The translations under genes and the position numbers were made by a program. 64,000 bases of DNA from a bacterium. GTDB taxonomy: Bacteria > SAR324 > NAC60-12. This document shows positions 30,073 to 41,207 of the stretch, piece by piece. Numbering within the stretch: position 1 is the stretch's first letter; the number at the start of each line of letters is the position of its first letter. The notes beneath the pieces were generated by a model. The model ran no database searches and was not told the origin of the DNA. It was given only the letters and a program-made list of their open reading frames with translations. The stretch covers positions 256,001 to 320,000 of the forward strand of contig OZ242383.1 of the NCBI GenBank assembly GCA_965209155.1, read 5' to 3'.

Positions 30073-31392
30073 ATGAATACGCACCAAACTCCCCCAGAAT
30101 TCCTGCCTGAGAACGTACAGGCGAACAGCCCCGAAGACGAACAGCTTTACACCCGCCTATTGAAGAGTGGGGAACCACTTAAAAGTTGGAGAGAGCAGGG
30201 TTTCGCCTTTACGCCCAGCCCCTCTGGCAATGAGAACGGTGTGGACTTGAATGACGATTCACTGTATTACAACACCCAGGGGAGCGCAAAAGTCTACTGG
30301 GAGGAACACGGCCCACTCCCGCAACCGACCAAAGATCTGCGTCAACTCCGCAAAGACTTGCACCAGTTTGGCTATTGTCTGGTCGAGGATGCGCTCAGTG
30401 AGGAGCAGTTGCAAGTAATGCGTACTCGCTTGGTCGAACAGGCCGAAGGAGAACGCCTGGCCGGGGTAGCGTTCTGGTATTCAGGCGCAGCCGGAACGGG
30501 AAAGACAACCCACGCCACCCAATTTGTCATGAACCTGATGAACAAGGGAGACTGCTTTGTGGGTTTAGCAGAACATGATCCGGCAGCCGTTCAGGCAGGT
30601 CCTTTAATCGAGCAACTGGTGCATGAGACGCTGGGAGAAGACTTCATTTATAATAACATACTTTCCATCATCGCTTATCCAGGCGGCCAACCGCAAAATT
30701 TGCATCAAGACGTCCGGATCCATTCGGAATTGCCCATCTTGCTCAACCAGTTCGTGATATTGGATGACGTCGACTATTCTAACGGGACTACCCTGATGAT
30801 CCCAGGAAGCCACAGAATAATCTATGAGAGTGGCCACCACCGGCCTGTCAAAAAATTACCCCCGCCCATCAGTATCGAGGCCAAAGCCGGGACGATTGTA
30901 CTGATGAACGGACACATCCTTCACGGAACCGGCGTTAACCAAACCAACAAACCGCGTCACATCATTGTGTGGACGGCGACCAAACCCTGGTACGTGCCGG
31001 GAGAACAGCATTTAATCAGCCTGGCCCCGGAAGTATTGGAGAAGGCCTCTCTTAAATTACTCAAACGCTTTGGGTTTGTGGGGGCTGGTGGGATCGAAGG
31101 CCATGGCCGGGAACCAGGGTTGCTTCGTGGCATGCGCCAAGCGGTTGATGCCGGGAACTTCATCCGTATCGGAAAATTGAGCCCTCAATCCAACAAAGAG
31201 GAACTCACCCGCGCCTACACCTGGCGCTTCACGACCACAGGGCGCCGGGCTGCTATGAACCAACCGGAGCAGCGCTATCCGTCCGGGGAACTCTGGGAAA
31301 GCGATGATCCGCTTGAACAGACTCCTGTGGATGAGCGACACAAGGTCTTACAAGAATCCACCCAACGCCGGTGGGAGCGCTTGAAAAAATAA
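30073..31392 (+). CDS. Phytanoyl-CoA dioxygenase (PhyH) family Fe(II)/2OG enzyme
   Basis: LHQD HxD motif, T-x-x-IPGSH, LHGTGVN...R. Confidence 0.82.
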   Translation: MNTHQTPPEFLPENVQANSPEDEQLYTRLLKSGEPLKSWREQGFAFTPSPSGNENGVDLNDDSLYYNTQGSAKVYWEEHGPLPQPTKDLRQLRKDLHQFGYCLVEDALSEEQLQVMRTRLVEQAEGERLAGVAFWYSGAAGTGKTTHATQFVMNLMNKGDCFVGLAEHDPAAVQAGPLIEQLVHETLGEDFIYNNILSIIAYPGGQPQNLHQDVRIHSELPILLNQFVILDDVDYSNGTTLMIPGSHRIIYESGHHRPVKKLPPPISIEAKAGTIVLMNGHILHGTGVNQTNKPRHIIVWTATKPWYVPGEQHLISLAPEVLEKASLKLLKRFGFVGAGGIEGHGREPGLLRGMRQAVDAGNFIRIGKLSPQSNKEELTRAYTWRFTTTGRRAAMNQPEQRYPSGELWESDDPLEQTPVDERHKVLQESTQRRWERLKK

Positions 31393-31432
31393 AGAAAGCG
31401 ATTACTGGCTATTATTTTAACAGAAGGAAAAA

Positions 31433-32953
31433 ATGGCTGTACAATTACCAACTCCACAACAAATACGAGAACTCGCCGATGAAATGGGTCTGGATTTGAC
31501 AGATGCGGATGTTGAATCTTATAGGGGTCTGTTTCAGAAGAATGTAGATGCTTACAACGTGGTTGATGCGATGCCTGATCATCTTCCGCTTGTGAAATAC
31601 CCACGAACCCCCGGATACCAGCCCAGGGATGAAGAAAATCCGTATAATGCCTGGTACGTAAAAAGTGAAGTGAAGGGAGCTTCTCGGGGAAAACTCAAGG
31701 GAAAAACCGTTGTCTTGAAGGATAACGTCATGCTGGCTGGCGTTCCCATGATGAATGGAGCTGCCACCTTGGAGGGGTATGTTCCTGACATAGACGCGAC
31801 GGTGGTCACACGGCTTTTGGATGCAGGCGCAACGATTGTCGGAAAAGCCCACTGTGAATATTTATGCGGGTCCGGTGGCAGTCATACCAATGCAAAAGGA
31901 CCGGTGCATAACCCCCATAGAATGGGATATATGGCAGGAGGGTCCTCTTCTGGCAGTGCAGCCCTGGTTGCGGCAGGAGAGGTCGATCTCGCGATTGGCG
32001 GAGACCAGGGGGGATCCATTCGAATACCCGCCTCTTACTGTGGAATATATGGCATGAAGCCGACCCATGGGCTTGTCCCTTATACAGGCATCATGTTGGG
32101 CGAGGTTACCGTCGACCATACAGGTCCCATGACCAATAATGTTGAGGACAATGCCTTAATGCTGGAAGTGATTGCCGGTGTCGATGGATATGATCCCAGG
32201 CAAACCAATGTGAAAACACAGCGTTATCGGGAGGCTCTCCAGGGAACAGAGGGTTTGAAAGGCCTGAAGATTGCCGTGGTCAAAGAAGGGTACCTGCAGG
32301 AAAATGCAGAAAAAGATGTGAATGAAAAAGTCCAGGCAGCCGCTGCTGCCCTGAAATCTTTGGGAGCAGCGGTAGACGAAGTCTCCATTCCTCTGCATCT
32401 CGTTGGTCCAGCTCTTGGAACCCCAATCGGCGTGGAAGGATTCACACAAACCATGATGTGGGGCGATGGCTATGGAGTGAGCAGACCTGATTTGTACGTC
32501 ACCAGTCTGATGGATTTTCACAGGAATTGGCGAAACCGGGCCAATGAACTCTCTGAAACCGTGAAATTGGTGACGATGTTTGGCACCTACATACGAAAGT
32601 ATTACGGTAGCCGTTATTATGGAAAGGCCATCAACCTGAGTCGATTGCTGAGAACTGCCTATGACAAGGTTCTGCATGAGTATGATTTGCTGGCGATGCC
32701 GACCACTGCGATTAAGTCTCAACCAATTCCAGCTCCTGGTGCCAGTCGAGAGGAATCTTTTCAAAGAGCTCACGAAATGGCCGCCAATACCGCCCCCTTT
32801 GATATCACTCACCACCCGGCAATGGCCATTCCTTGTGGGATGTCAGAGGGCCTCCCCATCAGTTTAATGCTGATTGGAAAGCATTTTGACGAATCCACCA
32901 TTTACCGGGCCGCCCATGGGTTCCAGGAAGGAACGGATTGGAAGAAAATGTGA
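31433..32953 (+). CDS. Amidase-signature family amidase
   Basis: LKDN, GGSSSGS, GGDQGGSIRIP Ser-cisSer-Lys motifs. Confidence 0.95.
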   Translation: MAVQLPTPQQIRELADEMGLDLTDADVESYRGLFQKNVDAYNVVDAMPDHLPLVKYPRTPGYQPRDEENPYNAWYVKSEVKGASRGKLKGKTVVLKDNVMLAGVPMMNGAATLEGYVPDIDATVVTRLLDAGATIVGKAHCEYLCGSGGSHTNAKGPVHNPHRMGYMAGGSSSGSAALVAAGEVDLAIGGDQGGSIRIPASYCGIYGMKPTHGLVPYTGIMLGEVTVDHTGPMTNNVEDNALMLEVIAGVDGYDPRQTNVKTQRYREALQGTEGLKGLKIAVVKEGYLQENAEKDVNEKVQAAAAALKSLGAAVDEVSIPLHLVGPALGTPIGVEGFTQTMMWGDGYGVSRPDLYVTSLMDFHRNWRNRANELSETVKLVTMFGTYIRKYYGSRYYGKAINLSRLLRTAYDKVLHEYDLLAMPTTAIKSQPIPAPGASREESFQRAHEMAANTAPFDITHHPAMAIPCGMSEGLPISLMLIGKHFDESTIYRAAHGFQEGTDWKKM

Positions 32954-33169
32954 TTCAACGGCTTCTCGTGTCGCCAATGGAGGGTAAAGTGGGCGATCTT
33001 CTCATTGTGAGATAAAAAGAGAATCATTGATAATGACAATACAATTGGTTTTTACAAACTAACGATACTTGAGAAAAAGTATGACTATCACTCTCGAACT
33101 CCCCCAAGAATTATCTGCAGACATTGAAAAAATGTCCAATCCGCGGTGTCCCTGGATTTTATTGCATTG

Positions 33170-33403
33170 TTATGTCAAATCATTCCATTCCTTAGGTGAA
33201 ATAGTTCGATTGATAATCGCTTCTATCTCACTTATCATCATGCGTAACTGTGGAACTGAATATTCGGAATTTGATGGGACACTCAAACGATGATTTTCAT
33301 AAACCATGAAATGGTGCCGTGTTCCCGAATATGGCCCCTCAAAACCTAATTTCCGAAGTCGCTTAGTAAAAATACGACGTTTACACGGCTTCCATTGAGT
33401 CAT
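33170..33403 (-). CDS. hicA: HicA family toxin
   Basis: LRKLGFEGPYSGTRHHFM; 77 aa, overlapping a hicB-like gene. Confidence 0.8.
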   Translation of the reverse strand: MTQWKPCKRRIFTKRLRKLGFEGPYSGTRHHFMVYENHRLSVPSNSEYSVPQLRMMISEIEAIINRTISPKEWNDLT

Positions 33404-33647
33404 GAGGTTCCTTGTTTAAATCATATTCGTCAATAATTGGAATATGGTGTCCTAACTTCAATCCAACTAAAATCCAATCTTCCAAAGTGGATTGCAATTC
33501 TTTTTCGCATTCTTTGAGCGTTTTACCAAAAGCAATGACACCTTGACATAATGGGATTCTTCCAGAAAATGTACCATCCTCCAGTTTATCAAATTCGGCA
33601 TATGATAAGGCATTCTCAATATATCCTGTGAAAATATATTTTAGCAT
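33381..33647 (-). CDS. hicB: HicB family antitoxin (short form)
   Basis: GRIPLCQGVIAFGKTLKECEKEL...EDWI...G-IP. Confidence 0.82.
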   Translation of the reverse strand: MLKYIFTGYIENALSYAEFDKLEDGTFSGRIPLCQGVIAFGKTLKECEKELQSTLEDWILVGLKLGHHIPIIDEYDLNKEPHDSMEAV

Positions 33648-33800
33648 TTCTTTATCCTTCAATAATTCTGATAATTAGATTTTGATTTCCATTGGCATAA
33701 TTACTAAAAATGCTATTTCAAGGAATCTCAGTATGTTTTTTCGGAATTCCTCTCGGTCTTTTAATGATACCGATTCGGATTCAAACTCTCAATATCAATT

Positions 33801-33999
33801 AAGGAACTCTTCCATTTTCTGGAGCCGCCGTATGGCTCATTTCATGCTGCCAGGATTCATTCGGATTGTCGATGAATTGCCAAAAACCCCCACCCGGAAA
33901 GTACAAAAAAACCTGCTCAAAGAGGCAGGAATCACTCCCGATACCAGGGATTGTGAAGTTGCTGGAATCACGGTCAAGCGAGAGAAGATTGGTGTCTAG
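33801..33999 (+). pseudogene. 3' remnant of an acyl-CoA ligase paralog
   Basis: Diverged copy of 19216-19413 (MAHFMLP...KREKIGV*). Confidence 0.88.
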
Positions 34000-34078
34000 A
34001 GCTTTTTTGTGAAATTTTAAGTAAATACTAACATAAACTTTCAAATATTCAGTTTTTGACACACTGGCTTTTATAGAG

Positions 34079-34160
34079 TTGTCATTCCTGGCTTGACCAG
34101 GAATCCAGGGGTTTAAAGCGTTTGTGGCACCTGGATTCCGCATCAAGTGCGGAATGACAA
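34079..34160. repeat. REP/RPE-like palindromic element
   Basis: ttgtcattcctggcttgaccaggaatccag...ctggattccgcatcaagtgcggaatgacaa double-hairpin architecture. Confidence 0.75.
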
Positions 34161-34213
34161 AAGTGTAAAGTTTCGATTCATAATTACTTAACCTCTCAAT
34201 AAAGGAAAGAAGT

Positions 34214-37200
34214 TTGAAAAAGTTAAAACGTGTTCTGGTGAGCAATCGGGGGGAGATTGCCATTCGGATTGCCAAAGCGGCCACATCGCTTGGAATGGAG
34301 TCGGTCAGTGTTTATCCCCGCATTGATGCACAAGCCTTACATCCGACGTATACCACCCACTCCGCCAAAATCCCCGGTGAGGCGGTCGACGCTTATCTGA
34401 ACGTTGATACGATGCTGGAGGTCGCCCAATCTTTGGATTGCGATTGCATTCACCCTGGGTACGGCTTTCTCAGTGAAAACGCCGAATTGGCGGCCCGTTG
34501 TGAAGCAGCAGGGATTTCGTTTGGTCCCTGGCAGTGAACACGCCCTAAAAACTGCCGATCTGGCAGCCAATCTGGCAGGTGAAATGGGATATCCGATCAT
34601 GCTCAAAGCTTCTGCGGGAGGAGGAGGGCGCGGCATGCGTTTGGTGCAGCAAGCAGAAGACCTCCAGGAAGCCTTTGAACGCTGCTCCAGCGAAGCGGAA
34701 GCGGCCTTCGGCAATGGGGCGGTGTTTATGGAAAAATACATTGAGCGGCCCCGTCACATTGAAGTTCAAATCCTGGCTGATCAGCAAGGGAAAGTGGTGC
34801 ATCTTTATGAGCGGGATTGTTCGGTGCAGCTCAGAAATCAAAAAGTGGTCGAAATTGCCCCAGCCGCTCAAATGGACGCCACCCTCCGGGAACACCTATA
34901 CGCGGATGCGATCAAACTCGCCAAAGCGGCTCAATACTCCAATGCCGGGACTGTGGAATTTTTGGTTTCTCCGGAATCGGGCAATCACTACTTTATTGAA
35001 TGCAATCCCCGCATCCAGGTGGAACACACGGTCACAGAAATGGTCACAGGTGTCGACCTCATGGAAGCTCAGTTTCAATTGGCTGCCGGAGCAAGCCTAT
35101 CCAGTCTTGGACTGGACCCTCGAGACATCCTCCCTCCTCCCAAAGGGTTTGCCGTGCAAGTGCGAGTCGTCGCTCGGGGGGCAGGGAAAATCACGGCTTA
35201 CAAGGAGCCCTCCGGACCAGGAATTCGTGTCGATGCCTGCGGCTATGCAGGCTGGACACCGCCTCCCCGATTTGATCCTTTGTTTGGAAAGGTGATTGGC
35301 ACTTCCAACTCCACAAATACCTTGTCCTCCGCCCTCGACCGGACCCTTGCGGCGATCAACGATTATCATATTGAAGGCTTGCCCAACAATCTCGAGCAGC
35401 TGCGATCCATTTTAGGCAACCCCTCCCTCCGGGAAGGCGATGCGCGAACCACGCTCTTGCTCGAAAAACCCGAGCTGCTCCACCACAAAGGGGGTGGGGT
35501 GCCAAGCAAAGCCTTAACCTTGCTGACTCGGGAAGCCCAGACCCTGGTTGCGGGTGCCAAAGGGCTTGGAAAATACACGGACACCCTCCATGACACTCCG
35601 GGGCTTTCGGTCGAAACCGGCCAACGTGGCGCCGAAGCTCCCATGACAGGGGTCGTCGTGGAGGTGTTGAAGCAGGAAGGGGATGTTGTCAAAACCGGCG
35701 AATCGATCGTGGTCATCAGTGCCATGAAAATGGAAACGGATGTTGCCGCGCCTTGTCCCGGAACCCTCTTTGAATTGACACACCTCTCTGCTGGAGATAC
35801 CGTGAGCGCGGGTCAAGTGGTTGCCGTGATCACCTCCGATGAAAGCAGCGACGACAAGCAGGAACTGGAAGATGAGCACAGTTGGGCTCCAATGATGAGA
35901 GAAATCCAAACCTTGCGAAAGTTCGCAGAAACCCGGCTGGCTCCAGGTTCCACAGACCGGGGTGTGGTGCGGCAGCGCAATCGAGGAAAACTGACTTGTC
36001 GGGAACGCATCGATCTTTTGTTGGACAAAGGATCGTTTCGGGAAGTGGGCAGCCTGGCAGGCTTCGCTTCGTATGACGAGGAAGGCTTTATTGACGCTTT
36101 CACCCCCGCCAATCATATTGGTGGGTGGGGCAAGATCGAAGGACGCACCGTCATCGTGTGTGCCGATGACTTCACCTCCCGAGGAGGACATTCTGACGGC
36201 GCCATTGGGGAAAAGAGCCGCCACCTGGACAAACTCTCCCTGGAATTGAAATGTCCCTCTCTGCGTTTATTGGATGGATCCTCGGGAGGGGGCAGTGTGG
36301 CCACCATGGTGCCTCAGCAGAAAAAAGAAGGGGAAAGCAGCGCCAAGGAAAGTACGGGCGCAATCGAGTCAGGCAGACCCCGGGTTGCGGGAGGGGGTGG
36401 GTCCTTCCTCCCTGGTGATCAGGGCAGTAACCTCTACGCAAAACAACTCTATACCGTGCCCGTGGTCAACCTGTTGCTGGGAAGTGTCGTAGGGCTCGGG
36501 GCTGCAAAAGCGGTGCTGGGTCATTTTTCTGTAATGGTCCGCCATATTTCACAACTGTTTGTGGCAGGACCCCCCGTGGTGCAACACGCCATGGGGTACG
36601 ACATCACCAAGGAAGACTTGGGAGTAGGGGTGATTGCCTCCGATAGCCGCCACGCCAATGGCGGGGCCTTGACTGCCGATGGCTGTGATAAAGTGAGGCG
36701 ACACCTGGATTTGTGCGATCTCTTCCATATCCCCATTTTGAACCTCGTCGATAGCCCTGGATTTGCGATAGGCCTGGAGCATGAAATCAAGGGGACGGTC
36801 CGCAAAGGAGGGGAGTGGATGATCGCCTTTGCTCAGATGAAAGTTCCGATTTTTACGGTCCTCATGAGACGCAGTTTTGGGGTGGCTGGAAACAACTTTG
36901 CCACCCCGCTCGAAAGACCGTCAGTGCGCATTGTCTGGCCTGCGGCCGATACTGGGGGAATTCCTCCCGAAGGGGGGATTGAGGCCGCCTACAAACGCCA
37001 ATTGGCCGAAGCAGAAGACCCGGAAGCTTTCCGTGCGGAACTCTACGCCCGTATCGAAAGTACCCGCGGTCCCATTGGCCCACTCAATCGTTTCGAAATC
37101 GAAGAAATGATTGATCCACGAGACACGAGGCGCTACGTCTGCGATTGGGTGGAAAATGCCTATCGAATCGTCTCTCAACCGAGAAATCTCATGCCAAGGG

Positions 37201-37220
37201 CTTTGCAGTTTAGACCATGA
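34214..37220 (+). pseudogene. Second single-chain acyl-CoA carboxylase with a frameshifting deletion near 34526 and a CT-domain deletion near 36620
   Basis: VLVSNRGEIA and HPGYGFLSEN in the first frame; KASAGGGGRG, RIQVEH, AMKM in the second; segments missing relative to 19425-22853. Confidence 0.85.
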
Positions 37221-37317
37221 CCCAATAAATTTGTCGACTGTGCCGTTGCAGCCAATGCTCATGGACTGGTTAGGTAGGATCGGGATTTCACTATGAAGAA
37301 CAAGAATGGAGAGAACG

Positions 37318-38283
37318 ATGAAAGCATTTAACAGCAAACGTGCCCTCTGTGGTGACTATCGGTTACCGCGTCAGATGTTGCAAGAGCAAATCTACGACGG
37401 GCACAGCTCTATTCACGACGACAAAATGGCAGCGGATTTGGGTTATTCTGGCGCGCCTATTGAAGGACCGACCCACTTCAGCCAGTTTTCACCGCTGTTG
37501 TATGAAATTTTTGGCAAGACCTGGTTTGAAAGCGGTTGTATCAGTGCGCATTATTTAAATATGGTGGTTGAAGGCGAAGAGGTCAGAGCCTTTGTCGAAT
37601 TGCCCGAAAAGGCAACTGACCGTGCTCACAGCAGTTGTCCCATTTGGGCAGAAAAACGAGATGGGACGCCAGTCCTTTCAGGCACCGCCTGCATTGGTCC
37701 CAATCATCCTGAAACAGAATTGGATCGTCGCCGTGCCAAACTTCGCCCCTCAGAACAATTGGTGATTTTGGCCGATTTGCAGGTGGGGATGAAAGGTCAA
37801 CAGCCTGAACAGGTCATGATGGATTTCGATCAACACATGGGGGATCTCTATCCCTTTTCTTTAAATTATAAACTCCAATGTATTACCGAAAATTCTCCCT
37901 GGTATACACAAACTGATGGCGGACAATCCCCTTGGGGCCGCGCCATTATTCCATTTGAAATGATCAGCGTGCTCACTCAGTACACCTCTCACTCCGCAAG
38001 CTTTCCCGTTCGAGGACCTGTGGTGGGTTTGTTTGCCGATCAAGAGATCAAATTGATTCAGGGGCCGTTGTTTGTGAATCATCCCTATCGCTTAGAACGC
38101 GAAGTGGTGGCGCTGAGTGAAAGCCGTCGCGTGGAATCTCAATGGACGCTCACTCGGGTGTACGACGAAAAGACCGGTGAGTTAGTCGCCGAATGTTTAC
38201 TCAACTCAGCCTCCCTAAAAAGTTCTTATGCCAATTACGAGAAAGAGGCTCAGGGATTAGGAAAAGTCTTGGAGACTCCCTAG
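37318..38283 (+). CDS. Hypothetical protein, probable MaoC/hotdog fold
   Basis: SIHDD...A..LG...APIEGPTH motif resembles the MaoC hydratase motif; ggag RBS. Confidence 0.6.
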   Translation: MKAFNSKRALCGDYRLPRQMLQEQIYDGHSSIHDDKMAADLGYSGAPIEGPTHFSQFSPLLYEIFGKTWFESGCISAHYLNMVVEGEEVRAFVELPEKATDRAHSSCPIWAEKRDGTPVLSGTACIGPNHPETELDRRRAKLRPSEQLVILADLQVGMKGQQPEQVMMDFDQHMGDLYPFSLNYKLQCITENSPWYTQTDGGQSPWGRAIIPFEMISVLTQYTSHSASFPVRGPVVGLFADQEIKLIQGPLFVNHPYRLEREVVALSESRRVESQWTLTRVYDEKTGELVAECLLNSASLKSSYANYEKEAQGLGKVLETP

Positions 38284-38345
38284 AACATTTTATGATGAAG
38301 CGTTAATTTTTAAGAAACCCTAATCTCTTAGAAGGAGGATGGATT

Positions 38346-39003
38346 ATGAACAATTTACAAATATCAGACGACTATCAACCGGTTTTGGCACATGTCAAAT
38401 CTTTCATCCAAGAAAAAATTGAACCAATGGAAGAAGAATTCCACAGCGAAGTTGGCAAAGGGGGTGACCGTTGGCAGTATACGGCGAGGATGACCGAAAT
38501 TTTGGAAGGATTGAAAGACGAGGCCAAGAAAGAGGGTTTATGGAATTTCCCAGGGACGGTTAGGCCCGGGGAGGATTCACCATTGTATGCGCTTGATTGG
38601 TCAGGCGGAAAAAGCCTTGGAACTCCTTTGCAAGCGGGGGGTCTCTCGTGTTGGGTTTGGCAAAGAATTGGTCAAATTGGGAGGAAACTTTGATGTGGTG
38701 GCCGATTCCCGTATCGAGATCGAAACCGCTCGGTTATTGACGCTAAAAGCGGCCCGGATGATGGATTTGGTGGGGAACAAAGAAGCGCGAGGGGAAATTT
38801 CACAAATCAAAGTTTATGTGCCCAATATCACCCTGAAGATTATTGATCGTGCGATTCAAATGCATGGAGGAACGGGTGTTTCGCAATGGACCCCGCTGGC
38901 AAAGATGTGGGCCAATGCCAGAACCATGCGTCTGGTCGATGGCCCGGATGAAGTCCACCGGATGGTGGTGGCCCGGCTCGAATTGCTCAAGTATCAAAAT
39001 TGA
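38346..39003 (+). pseudogene. Acyl-CoA dehydrogenase with a large internal deletion
   Basis: AKKEGLWNF jumps near 38549 to [22 protein letters not shown] and [10 protein letters not shown] at the C-terminus. Confidence 0.88.
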
Positions 39004-39057
39004 TTTTTTTCATGGTGATCAAAAAAATGCTCTCATGAAAATTGTTCAGGAAACCCT

Positions 39058-39915
39058 ATGAAATTTGAAACCATTCTGTATGAAGTCAAAGACGAAATAT
39101 TAACCATCACGTTGAACAGGCCGGATCGCCTCAATGCGTGGACTCTTCAAATGCTCAATGATTTGCTCACCGCGTTTGACCATGCCGATGCCGACGACGG
39201 GATTGGTGCCATCGTCATCACCGGTGCCGGTCGCGGGTTTTGCGCAGGAGCCGATCTCTCCGAGGGGGCGGGATCGACGTTTGAAGGTGCGGAGAACCAG
39301 CCGGATCTGGATGAGCTCGGCGACAGCGGTGGTGCTGCCTCACGGCGCCTCTTTCGCTGTTTAAAACCCGTCATCGTGGCATTCAACGGGCCTGCCGTCG
39401 GGGTTGGTCTCACCATGACCCTTGCTGCGGATATTCGCATAGCGGCACCGAACATCAAGATGGGGTTCGTGTTCGCGGCACGCGGCATTATTCCCGAAGG
39501 CTGCTCGTCGTATTTTCTGCCGCGCCTGGTTGGTATTAGCAAGGCGTTGGAATGGGCGATGTCGGCCCGTGTGTTCCGTTCAGAGGAGGCGCTCGAGGCA
39601 GGGCTGTTGCGCAGTATTCATGAACCGGAGGACTTGTTGCCCGCAGCCTACGAGCTTGCGCATGAATTTACGGCGAACTCGCGTGTCTCGATTGCTGTCA
39701 TGCGACAGATGTTCTGGCGCATGCTCGGTGCTGATGATCCGATTGTTGCGCATCGCTTGGACACGAAGGGCATGATTCAGCGTGGCAAATCGGCCGACGC
39801 GACCGAAGGCACAACAGCATTTCTCGAGAAACGCCCGGCGGATTTTCCCGATAAAGTCAGCAAAGACCTGCCCGACTTCTTTCCTTGGTGGGAAGAACCC
39901 AAATTCCGGGAATAA
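39058..39915 (+). CDS. Crotonase / enoyl-CoA hydratase family protein
   Basis: ITLNRPDRLNA, FCAGADL, NGPAVGVG, RGIIPE. Confidence 0.92.
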   Translation: MKFETILYEVKDEILTITLNRPDRLNAWTLQMLNDLLTAFDHADADDGIGAIVITGAGRGFCAGADLSEGAGSTFEGAENQPDLDELGDSGGAASRRLFRCLKPVIVAFNGPAVGVGLTMTLAADIRIAAPNIKMGFVFAARGIIPEGCSSYFLPRLVGISKALEWAMSARVFRSEEALEAGLLRSIHEPEDLLPAAYELAHEFTANSRVSIAVMRQMFWRMLGADDPIVAHRLDTKGMIQRGKSADATEGTTAFLEKRPADFPDKVSKDLPDFFPWWEEPKFRE

Positions 39916-39918
39916 AAT

Positions 39919-40550
39919 ATGGAAGACGCACCAGAAATCACTCCGGTTCGGAGTGCCCACCGCATTGACGAATCGGCTTTGGAAGCCTATCTTCATTCAC
40001 AGAGTGCGGAATTCTCAGGCTCTTTGAAAGTCCAACAATTTGAAGGCGGGCAATCCAATCCGACTTACCATCTCATCATTGGAGGAAAACCCTATGTCCT
40101 GCGCAAAAAAAACCCTGGTGAGATTCTCCCTTCCGCTCATCAGGTCCAACGGGAATATCGGGTGATGGCCGCCTTGGCAGAGACCGACGTGAGGGTGCCC
40201 CAAATGCACCTTTTCTGTGAGGATCCCTCGATCATTGGCACTGACTTTTTTGTGATGGAAATGGTCGAAGGGCGTGTGATCCCCGATGTGACTCTCCCCC
40301 ATTTTACCCCAAAAGAACGGGCAGCCCTCTATGAGCATTTGATTGATTGTTCATGGAGACTATCGTTTGGGAAATACCATCATTTATCCCACAGAACCCA
40401 AAATTGTCGCAGTTTTAGATTGGGAATTGTCCACCCTGGGTCATCCCTTGGGAGACCTTTCCTACAGTTGCGTGCCTTATTACAACGAATTGGAAAACGA
40501 AAAAGAACTTACAACGTTAGGCATTCTCACGGAAAAAGAATTGCTGGGGA
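39919..40550 (+). pseudogene. APH-like phosphotransferase (ACAD10 kinase-like) with internal deletion and truncation
   Basis: GGQSNPTY and SAHQVQRE, then a frame change near 40340 to HGDYRLGN...VLDWELST. Confidence 0.85.
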
Positions 40551-41207
40551 GTGGTCAGCTTAATCCTTTTTTTGAGGCAAATGGAGGTTTGCCAGTTCAG
40601 GAAATTTTGAAATCAGATAGAGCGGGAAGTTATAAATTTTATGATGGGAGTCGTAACCATATTTACTGCCGGTAAACTTGAGGGAATAAACGGGCGTGTA
40701 TTTGTCGATAAACACTCGCAGACTCTTCGCTTTGGTATTCATGCCCGCCTTGACTTCAATCGGAATCAGATTCCCATCCAGTTCCAGCACAAATTCAATT
40801 TCTGAAGTCTTTCCAGACCAAGTGACGAGGGGATGGAATCCGTAGGAAACCAATTCCTTGTTAACGCCACTGTAAAACTTAACCAAGTGTGGCGACTTGA
40901 ATGATAGCCAATAGTTAGCGGATGTTTTTTTACTACTTTTTACTTTGCCTCGTTTTTTCTTCTATTGATTTACTTTCCAATCAATAAATTTTGTTTTCCT
41001 CTCCATTTTCTTTCTCATGCTTGTTCTTCCTTCCTCTGAGAGCTGAATCCAACATGGAGCGAGCCATGGTGTAAGAAGTTGTTTTACCTGTTCATTTTTC
41101 TTCTTCATTTGAGTGGGAGGCAGTGATTTCTTTGATACTTTGAGTCAAATTCCTGTAAGACAAGTTTTTCTTGAAGGAAGCCCCTCAAAGTATCAACGGG
41201 AGATCCT

